From NCBI GenBank assembly GCA_951406725.2, contig OX597838.1, forward strand, positions 26,350,001 through 26,414,000: 64,000 nucleotides of DNA. Reading direction: 5' to 3'. The notes beneath the pieces are model-generated. The model ran no database searches. It had not been told where the DNA came from and worked only from the letters and a program-made list of their open reading frames with translations. Shown piece after piece: positions 54,476 to 64,000 of the stretch. The translations under genes were made by a program, and so were the position numbers. This stretch comes from Octopus vulgaris. Lineage: Eukaryota. Each line of letters starts with the position of its first letter. Within the stretch, counting starts at the first letter, position 1.

Positions 54476-56447
54476 GGCACATCATATATGATGTGATGTG
54501 TAAAGTCGTGTGGTGTAGTGAGGAGAAGAGGGGGAGGGGAGAGGAGGAAGAGGAGAGGATGGGGAGAGAGAGGAGTGGGAGAAGGAAGGGGATGAGGGGG
54601 AGGAAAGAGGGAGAGGGGGAGAGAGAGAAGGGGAGTGAGGGAGCAGAGGGAAGGGGAAGAGGGAAGGAGGGAGGGAGAAAGAGGGAAGAAGGGAAGGGGA
54701 GTAGGGGTGAAAGGATGAAGGACTGAAGAAGTAGGGGTCGGGGGGAAGGATAGGTGAGGAGGGGGGAGAGGGGGGTTAGATGAGGAGGGGGGAGAGTTGA
54801 GACCAAATGGCGTATAAGAGCGAAGAGAGAAGATTAATTCCTGTTCACGGCGCAAACGGGAATCCGGATGGCCTCTGTGTAAGGACAAACCGAACACAGA
54901 TAGGTGTTGCAAGGAGTGACCGGTGGAGCGGAAATGGCGTGAGACCGGTGTGTCGTTCGCAAGGTGGATGTCACGAAGGTGTTCCGCGAACCGGTCAGCC
55001 AAGCGGCGTCCCGTTTGTCCGATGTACAAGGAATTGCAGAGAGAGCAAGAGATGCAATAGATAATATTGCTGGAGGTGCAGGTGAAGGAGTGGATGATGG
55101 GATAGGGTCGATGGTGGGTACTAGTGAGGCGGGTGGTGTTGGAGAGGTAAGGGCAAGTGCGGCAACGTGGGCGGGAGCAGGGGAACGAGCCGGGTTGGGA
55201 GGTAGGGTCAGGGAAGGAGCTATGGACCAAAAGGTCTCGAAGGTTGTGGGCTCGTTTGAAAGAGGGGAGGGGTCGGTTAGGGAAGAGGTGTGAAGTGGAC
55301 GGGTCGGACTGGAGATGACGGAAAGCTCGAAGAATGGTGCGTTGGAGACGTAGGGTCGTGGGGTGGTAAGTGAGGGGAAAAGGGAGGCGGGAGACTACAG
55401 GGCGGGTTCGGGGAGAGAGAGCAGATACGCGGTCCACGGACCGTGCTCTGGCAAGGGCGGTGTGGATAGTGGTGAGGGGGTATCCACGTAGGGTGAAGTG
55501 GTGAGCCATACGTTGAGACTGAGTCTCAAAGTCATGGTCGTCACTACAGAGCCTACGTAGACGGAGGAATTGGGAATAGGGGATGGAAAGCTTGGTGTGT
55601 TCTGGGTGGGAGGAAGAGAAGTTGAGGTATGAGTGTGAGTCTGTGTGTTTGTAGTGAATGGAGGTGGTAAGAGTGGAGTGAAGAATGCTAACCGAAATGT
55701 CGAGGAAGGAGACAGAGGTGTTGGAGATAGTGGAAGTGAAGTGGAGGGCTGGATGGAAAGATTGGACGAAAGAGAGGAAGGAATCTAGATGTTCGCGGGA
55801 GAGTGAGGTGGCACCGATAATGTCGTCAATGTAACGACCATATAGTTCAGGAGTGGGACCAGTGAAATTAGAGAATATTTGGGCCTCAACATAGCCAACG
55901 AACAGGTTCGCATAGTTGGGGCCCATTCGCGTTCCCATGGCCACTCCCGAGACCTGATGGTAGAACTCGCCCGCGAACGAGAAGCAGTTCAGAGTAAGGA
56001 CAAGTTCGGCCAGACGAATGAGTGTGGAGGTGTCAGGTACAGGGTTAGAGCGGAGGTCAAGAAAGTGTCGAAGGGCCTGCAGTCCTTCGTGGTGAGGGAT
56101 AACAGTATAGAGGCTTTGGATGTCCATAGTAAAAAGGATTTTGGAGGAGCCGGGAGAAAAGGAGAAAGAGTTGAAAAGCCGGAGAGCATGGTTGGTATCG
56201 TGGATGTGGGAGGGAAGAGATGCCACTAGGGTGGCAAGGACACGGTCGAGGTATTTAGAGATGAGCTCCGTGGGGCAGTTACAGGCGGAGACGATGGGGC
56301 GGCCAGGGTTGTTGGGTTTGTGGATTTTGGGGAGGAAGTAAATGGTGGGGGTACGTGGGGTTCGCACAATTAGGTTGGATGCGGTGCGGGGGAGACGGGA
56401 GGACGAGATGAGATCGTGGACAGTAGAGGATACCGTCTGTTGGTAGC

Positions 56448-56448
<1 letters not shown>
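54469..56448 (-). CDS. Penelope-like reverse transcriptase / GIY-YIG endonuclease (N-terminally truncated, frame open)
   Basis: YFLPKIHK..PGRPIVS, FTMDIQSLYT, QVSGVAMGT, YGRYIDD, FLD, SIPYSQFLRLRRLCS, Cys linker CSRPRCRTC, NIIYCISC..C...YIGQT.R.L..RF.EH, RE..LI..L....P.GLN. The listed Met start lies in the microsatellite, and the last ~100 aa are low-complexity and may be read-through. Confidence 0.93.
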
Positions 56449-56488
<40 letters not shown>

Positions 56489-57840
56489 GCATACAATTAT
56501 TATATATTATAGTCCTTCGGTTAAGTCTATTTTCGAAAGGATGTCGTGACTCTCGGCACAACATCTCCCCTTTTTGAGATTTCAACTTCTGTAGAAAATG
56601 ATTTTTTTTGTTTGTTTTCTTTCTTTCCAACACCTCTCTTTTTGAAATTTTGCTTCCCTGAGGAGTTCAGTACATTTTGTGCTTAGGAATTATTTTTAAA
56701 TGTTCAGTCTGTTTACCTTTTCTGTTACTACTCCTTCTGGGCTCAATCTCTTTCGGTGCTGGGACATCGAACATGTCGTAAACCACTTCCATTGGAATTT
56801 CTTTCCTTTCTTCTATATGTCTGATTTTTAATTGATTTAGGTGTCGTTTATTCTCCCATCGTTAGCCTTTTATCAAATACATCATGTTTCCAATTCTTTT
56901 AGTCACTACACCATCCTACCAACTCTCTTTACTGTTCTTGTATACTTTGAAATGGTTTTCTGGACCGGGCAAGGCATTGCTACCTTGAGCAAGACACTTT
57001 ATTTATTTCACGTTGCTACACTCTACTCAGCTGAAAATGGGTTCCAGCCGGTCGCTGCTGCAGCTTTCCCACCCTGGGCTCAGCGGAACTTCCTGGATGT
57101 TCCACTGAGCTGTGAGAGTCTCAACAGAGTTGCTCGACCTGCTAGAAATAGTAACCAAATCTCCCATAAATAATACTTCTTTTAGAAGAAGAGACACATT
57201 TGATACTGTTTTCTTAGATGTATTATACCTGAAACTAAGAAAGGGTAGTCACGGATGGAAAGGCTTCATCGGTCGACTTCGATGACCATTAGTTTGTTCG
57301 CTTAGCTTTGATCTGGGGCTAAGCAACCGCAACAAGAACAACTGTCCGTCAAGGCACACAGTCCGACTAGAGCACTTCCACGCACTCCTATATACAGAAG
57401 CATCACTGGCGGGTGAGGAGTGGATGTCAATGTATACAGCACAGCTTGGCACATAAACAAAACAGATAACACAGGAGATAACACAACTGAAACAAAACAA
57501 AACCAAAGATAACACAACTAATGTTTCTATACAATCTAAACAGCCAACAACAACACGCCCACATAACCCACCGAGTGAACTACAATAATTCTCCTTCATA
57601 TGTCACCCACATACACACGCATACATGAACGCCTATCTGCCTCGAACGCACGGTAAATGATCACCCCCTTCCCGTCTCTCTTCCTTCCACTCAGCAAACA
57701 AACACATTATACACATTATACAGACACAGAGACATATGTACACACGCATTTACATCAATAAAGAAAAAAAATTTTTAACTTTTACATGCTTCACGATTGA
57801 ATGGTGAAACTAGGAAACTAGGAAGCATAGCTGCAACCTA

Positions 57841-58145
57841 TGGAGGCACATGGCCTAGTGGTTAGAGCAGCGGACTTGCAGTCGAGGGATTGTGGGTTGG
57901 AATCGGGCAATGTGTGTGCTTATGAGCGAAACATCTAAGCTCCACGCGGCTCCGGCAGAAGGTAATGGCGAACTTCTGCTGACTCTTTCGCCACAACTTT
58001 CTCTCACTCTTTCCTCCTGCATCTTGCAGCTCACCTGTGACAGACCGGTGACGATAGTTAGGTTGTGAGTTCGATTCCCGGCGGCGCGTCGTGTCCTTGA
58101 GCAAGACACTTTATTTCACGTTGCTCCAGTCCACTCAGCTGGCAG
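57841..58145 (+). mobile_element. SINE family C, composite copy (fragment also at about 56960-57050)
   Basis: ggcacatggcctagtggttagagc box A; gtgtccttgagcaagacactttatttcacgttgctccagtccactcagctg. Confidence 0.75.
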
Positions 58146-58622
58146 CCTGGTCGGTCACATGATAACGTGATATATATATATATATTCATACACATATTCA
58201 TACAAGTTCAGATTTATCTCTGGATTATGATTGCGTATAGGTGTGAGTGCGTACATATTCATGTGCATGTGTGTAGGTGTATGTATGTGTATATATGTGT
58301 GCTTCGCAAGCACAGAACAATTGATGTACTCTTCCAGGAGTGGTGCCATACACAAAGGTTGTACTGTCATCTTTCGAAAATATTTTAGGCTTTGGTTAAT
58401 TACGGACGTTTAGGATATCTTCAAAGTTACTGAATTTAGAAACTGACACACATAAATCTGTGTGTGTGTGTGTGTGTGTGCATGCGTGTGTGTGTGTGTG
58501 CATGCGTGTGTGTGTGTGTGCATGCGTGTGTGTGTGTGCATGCGTGTGTGTGTGTGCATGCGTGTGTGTGTGTGTGCATGCGTGTGTGTGTTTATAGAAA
58601 TAAAGAGAGAGGTGTATTTATA

Positions 58623-58843
58623 CACGAGGGGCTGCTGAAAAGTTCCTGGCTTTTGATAAAAGAATATACAGGAGGAATCAGTTAATTATGATTTTATTCA
58701 ACATATTCCCCTCTCAGATTCACACTCTTATTGCAGCGGTCCTTGAGTTTTTCTAAGCCCTGTAAAAGAACCCAGAAGGTTGGGCCTCCAACCAGGCCTT
58801 TTTCGAGAGCCTTAAAGCCAGAAAATTTTCACCCCCCCCCGTG
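58623..58843. mobile_element. mariner-type MITE
   Basis: TA-cacgagggg..gaaaagttcctggcttt ... aaagccagaaaattttc..cccccgtg-TA. Confidence 0.85.
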
Positions 58844-58947
58844 TATATGTGCGAGTGTATATATATATATATACATACATACATACATACATACATACAT
58901 GCATACATACATACATACATACATAGATACATACATACATACATACA

Positions 58948-58978
<31 letters not shown>

Positions 58979-59040
58979 GTACATATATATATATATATAG
59001 AGAGAGAGAGGGAGTTATTTTATATACACATACATATATA

Positions 59041-59257
59041 CGAGAGGGTACTGGAAAGTTCCTGGCTTTGCGTAAAAGAACGTACAAGAGGTTCAGTAAA
59101 TTATGGTCTTATTCAACATATTCCCCTCAAAGATTCATACACTCACTGCAGTGATCCTTCAGGTTTTCTAATCCCTGTGAAAGAACTCAGAAGATTAGGC
59201 CTCCAACCAGCCCTTTCATGACACCCTTAAAGCCAGGAAATTTTCATCGTCCTATCG
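59041..59257. mobile_element. mariner-type MITE, second adjacent copy
   Basis: Colinear with 58623-58843 and TA-flanked. Confidence 0.85.
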
Positions 59258-59277
59258 TATATATACACTTTAACTCT

Positions 59278-59630
59278 AACTAGTTTCAGTTGGAGAACTG
59301 CAACCCTCCTGGACACCGTCGTTAGCTTTGCTACACCTTTACTTCTTGAAACCTCTCCTGAATATGTGACATCTGGTGAATGAGGATCTTTGACACTGCT
59401 ACCCTCATCCGCGTTTCGTGCCGTGAGGTAGGCTCATCTGGAACTCTTGACCAGAGAACCAGAGGAGATTCAGTTTTGTTTTGAAGACATCTGCATCCTC
59501 TTATGCAGATTTCCTTGGCTTTTGGGGAGGATACTGAAGAGCTGGAGGCCTTGAAACCAAAGTTATTGCAGTATCTTGTCCGGTGTCTTGGTGGTAATTT
59601 TGGGATCTTTGGCACTATGCAGTGTCACCC
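59278..59630 (-). mobile_element. CR1-group LINE 3' fragment (relative of 18674-18998)
   Basis: PKIPKLPPRHRTRYCNNFGFK...SRVPDEPTSRHETRMRVAVS. Confidence 0.8.
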
Positions 59631-59639
59631 CGTTCTGCT

Positions 59640-60182
59640 GACAATAATCTGAGTTTGAGCCACCTTTTCTGGAGACCTTTCAAGTTAGAGACTATGAACA
59701 ACTTGCAAAGAGCCATCCACAGCACTGCTATAGGAACAGGAATTGCCTCTGTTCGAGACAAGCTCTATAGGCACAGAAGTGTCAGCAGCCGAACCTGTCC
59801 GAAAGGCTTCTGGGTCGATGAAACCGTCCTGCATGCTATTATTCAATGGCCGAGCATTTGCGACTTGTGGGTTTGGGTCCAGCTGTCAGGTGTGAGTGAA
59901 ATCCAACCCTCACTCGAGTCTATAGTGAGAATCGACGTGCCACCTTCCTTTGACAGACAAAGGAGGCTTATTTCCTCCCCTTGGTGACTATGGCAAAAGA
60001 AGTGATGTTGTGGACTTCTCAGAAAGATTTGAGGACAAGTATTTTTCTTTCTGGTCAAGGTCTCATCGGCTTCTTTCAGTATCATTTGAAGAGGAAGGTA
60101 GAGAAGAAGGTGCTCAACGAAAATCGGAGGATACAGACGAAACTAGCGAGGCTGAACGAATCTACCCTGAGTATGTGTTAAG
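59640..60182 (+). pseudogene. L1/Tx1-type LINE ORF2 C-terminal zinc-knuckle remnant
   Basis: VRDKLYRH...SRTCP....DETVLHAIIQ.P..CDLW resembles the CCHC domain downstream of RT in L1/Tx1. Confidence 0.6.
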
Positions 60183-60194
60183 ATCATTTCTACC

Positions 60195-60300
60195 GATTCT
60201 CTATAGAAATTATAACCAACACAGATTTTGTTACGTTTCGTATCCGACGTCGTAAACGTCGTAACAAAATCAGTGCCGGTTATGATTTCTATAGAAAATC
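60195..60300. repeat. 41-bp imperfect inverted repeat with 24-nt spacer
   Basis: 60195-60235 versus 60260-60300, 5 mismatches. Confidence 0.85.
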
Positions 60301-60961
60301 TGAAGAGATTTCCTTAACAAGTGATGTAATAGCACTGCTAACACAGTAGTACGCGGTATTGACTTATAAAAACGTTCAATATACTTTGTTGCATAACGAA
60401 ATACCGTGTACCTACAAGTCATTAATACTATCCTAAATATGTTTTTCTATGTAGGAGAAACGAAACAGGGTGTAGGCACTTTTGATATCTTAACTGTGGT
60501 AGACTTATCAGGGTTTTTATTGAAACGGGGCCCCTGAATTACCATGGGGTGGTCTTCCCTTCTTTTGGCAAATTTCTTGTAATTCTTTAATATTTTTGTA
60601 TTATTTCTGTTTGATACAATGTAAATTTTATTTGTTACCTCCTTGTATTCCCTTCAACGTCATGGTCCTTAGTGACCAATAAAAAAAGGCATTGTTGTTG
60701 TTGCTGCTACTGATGCTGGTGCCGATGCTATTGTTGTTGTTGTTATTCCTCTTCTTACTGTTGTGGCTGATGTTGCTGTTGCTTTTGTTGTTGTTGTTGA
60801 GGCGAGCGAATGCTTAGTAGGATCGGTAGGGCATCGAGTAATGTTGTCGGTGTTGGAGGTGGGGAGGTGGTAGCGTTGATGATGGTGGTGCCCTGGTATG
60901 AATGTAGGCGGTGGTGATAGTAGTAGCCTATCTAATGGTAACAGTAGCAACATGTGTGATG

Positions 60962-60999
<38 letters not shown>

Positions 61000-61214
61000 G
61001 ATGATAGTAAAGGTGGTGTTAGTAGTGATAGTAGTAAAGGTGGTGGTAGTGGTGGTACTAGTAGTAAAGGTGGTGGTAGTGGTGGTGGTGGTGGTGGTGG
61101 TGGTGGTGGTAAAGGTGGTGTTAGTGGTGATAGTAGTAGTAGTAGTAGTAGTAGTAGCAGCAGCAGTATGTCGAGGTGAGTATCTCGGTGGTAGTGGTAA
61201 GTTCTCTACTACCG

Positions 61215-61257
<43 letters not shown>

Positions 61258-61261
61258 AACC

Positions 61262-61440
61262 CAAACCACAAAGGTCAATGACTTAGTGAAAAGGTCAAAA
61301 GTTCATCGCATAAACATAGACAGATATTCTAGTCGTGAGTCCAGAAGTGATGTTTCCTGATATTGGTGTGTATGGCGACCTCTGTTGGCGATGCTGGTAT
61401 ATAAAACCGGAAGAACGGTTTCAGCCTCCATTTTGTGTTG
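61262..61440 (+). promoter_or_regulatory. Candidate Pol II promoter (nuclear-receptor half-site pairs, inverted CCAAT, TATA, Inr)
   Basis: ATTGG 61362-61366, TATAAAA 61400-61406, CCATTTT 61428-61434 with its A 30 nt after the TATA start. Confidence 0.4.
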
Positions 61441-61572
61441 CATTCGTTGCATTTTGCATGAGTTCTGTTGCAGGTTTATGGTGCACTTTGCACAGACGTT
61501 GATCTCGTATGCTTTTTTGGTCATCTTTTGTCTGGTGCGATCGGGTTTTATTTCTGGATATTAATGGGGTTT

Positions 61573-61603
<31 letters not shown>

Positions 61604-62231
61604 CGATGATGATGATGACAACGACGACGACGACGACGATGGTGGTGGTGGTGGTGGTGGTGGTGGTGGTGGTGGTGGTGGTGGTGGTGGTGATAATGGT
61701 GGTGGTGGTGGTGGTGGTGATGATGATGGTGATGATGATGACGACGATGATGATGATGATGACGACGACGACGACGATGATGATGATGATGATAATGATG
61801 ATGGTGGAGGTGGTGGTGGTGGTAGTGGTGATGATGATGGTGGTGGTGATGATGGTGGTGGTGGTGGTGGTGATGATGGTGATGATGATGACGATGATGA
61901 TGACGGTGGTGGTTGTGCTGATGTGATGATGATGACGACGACGATGACAAGGAGGAAGAAGAAGAGAAGGGGAGGAAAATGATGATGATGACGACGATGA
62001 CGATGATGATAACGATAATAACGGGGGCGATTTAAACGATAATGAAGAGGAGGAGAAGGAGGAAGAGGGGCATGAGCAGAAGCAGGAGCAGGAGGACGTC
62101 GGTGGTGGTGATGATGATGATGATGATGGCGACGACAGCGCCAACAACGGCGGCGGCGGCGGCGGATGTAGCTGTAGTGGAGGATGTAAATCATTTGTAT
62201 CACATTTTCACAACAGAGTTTGAAGCCCGTT

Positions 62232-62563
62232 CACGGTCATCCGACCTGCTAGAAATAGCAACTAAATCTCTCTTAAAATCAACAGACCTGCTGTTTTCGA
62301 AAACAATAAGGACAAGTTAGATTATGTAATCCTAGCTACACTAAACTTGAAGACAAAAATATGACGAGATGGCCACGATAGGAATGCTTTTGATCACGGT
62401 CATCCGACCTGCTAGAAATAGCAACTAAATCTCTCTTAAAATCAACAGACCTGCTGTTTTCGAAAACAATAAGGACAAGTTAGATCATGTAATCCTAGCT
62501 ACACTAAACTTGAAGATAAAAATAAATATGACGAGATGGCCACGATAGGAATGCTTTTGATCA
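62232..62563. repeat. About 163-bp direct tandem duplication within an old interspersed repeat (relatives at about 57130-57335 +, 24830-25035 -, 35885-36015 -)
   Basis: cacggtcatccgacctgctagaaatagc...ggaatgcttttgat repeated nearly identically. Confidence 0.9.
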
Positions 62564-62607
62564 TTGGTCTGTTCAATATGAGTTTAGTCGAAGCAACAAG
62601 AGAAACA

Positions 62608-62649
<42 letters not shown>

Positions 62650-62862
62650 ACACACAAACTGAAAGATATATTTATATGTGTGCATTGACCTACTAAGATA
62701 ATATAGACCTAGATATGCATCTATAAAGGCGGCGGAGGTCCCGACTGCAAGGCCTTTTATCACAGATCTTCTCAACCGGAGCTGACGAGCAGCTAAAAAG
62801 TCATTATATATGGGAATACATATATGTCTATATGTACATGTATATGCATGTATATGTGAGCA

Positions 62863-62936
<74 letters not shown>

Positions 62937-63019
62937 CTTATATATAGAGAGAGAGGTGTAATAGATAGATAGATTAAGATATATATATATATATATATAT
63001 ATTTGATATATATATATAT

Positions 63020-63429
63020 CTTTCTCTTTACTCTTTTACTTGTTTCAGTCATTTGACTGCGGCCATGCTGGAGCACCGCCTTTAGTCGAGCAAATCGACC
63101 CCGGGACTTATTCTTTGTAAGCCCAGTACTTATTCTATTGGTCTCTTTTGCCAAACCGCTAAGTGACGGGGACGTAAACACACTAGCATCGGTTGTCAAG
63201 CAATGCTAGGGGGACAAACACAGACACACAAACACACACACATATATATATATATATATACATATATACGACAGGCTTCTTTCAGTTTCCGTCTACCAAA
63301 TCCACTCACAAGGCATTGGTCGGCCCGAGGCTATAGCGGAAGACACTTGCCCAAGATGCCACGCAGTGAGACTGAACCCGGAACCATGTGGTTGGTTAGC
63401 AAGCTACTTACCACACAGCCACTCCTGCG

Positions 63430-63432
<3 letters not shown>
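63020..63432 (-). mobile_element. SINE family A (partial head copy follows at about 63475-63575)
   Basis: Full-length, low-divergence match. Confidence 0.92.
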
Positions 63433-63477
<45 letters not shown>

Positions 63478-64000
63478 TTTGAGGCTATAGTAGAAGACAC
63501 TTGGCCAAGAAGCCACGCAGTAGGACTGAACTAAGAGCCATGTGATTTGGAAGCAAGCTTCTTACCACACACCTGCGATGTTTATGTTCATATTTACATT
63601 TATATGTCTATATGCAAATAGATAGACAGACAAACAGATAGATTGATAGATAGATAGAAAAATACGTATATGCATAGTACATGCATACAAGCATACACAT
63701 ATACATACATAGAGAGGTGTACAAAGGAACAAGCAGAGAAAATATGGCGCAGTATCTAAATATATTAACGATTTCACTTCGAATTGCACTGCTTAAAATT
63801 TCGCGCGCGCGCGTACACACACACACACACACACATCACAAACACAACACAAACACACACACACACACACAACACAAGCACGCACAAATACACGCAGAAA
63901 GAGAATTGTTTAAAACCGAGTAATTCTTAGATGTCAGTGACATGATAAATGATATTAAATGGATGAAAATTTGTTTTTTTTAAAAAGCACGTAAATATCA

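Noticed and set aside
56450-56496. Listed N-terminus MYAYIYIY.. of the 675-aa ORF
   Set aside because: Lies in the flanking (TA)n; the element is 5'-truncated, so this is not its real start
61440-61500. Known conserved miRNA hairpin
   Set aside because: The stem is too short and I recognised no conserved mature miRNA here or in other islands by eye; a proper database search was not possible

Overview
AT-rich animal genomic DNA that looks intergenic or intronic. The SINE families and the extreme (TA)n/(TG)n/(TAGA)n density suggest a coleoid cephalopod such as Octopus (inference). I found no host protein-coding exon I can identify. Most listed ORFs are translated microsatellites. The interpretable content is mobile DNA: a 5'-truncated but open Neptune-type Penelope-like retroelement (RT + GIY-YIG, about 53856-56449, minus strand), many short Penelope-like 3' ends carrying minimal hammerhead-ribozyme motifs, R4/Dong-like and other RLE LINE pieces, CR1-, RTE-X- and Tx1/L1-like fragments, an IR/DR-type Tc1 element, mariner relics and MITEs, three tRNA-derived SINE families, several foldback elements and tandem repeats. 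The most notable pattern is a family of hammerhead cassettes with a non-canonical core (CUGUUGA or CCGACGA plus a bulged A) whose 3' ends all abut (TA)n arrays, one still attached to its parent ORF. Short unique islands between microsatellites carry promoter, enhancer or microexon-like motifs. All calls were made by eye, and repeat boundaries are approximate.
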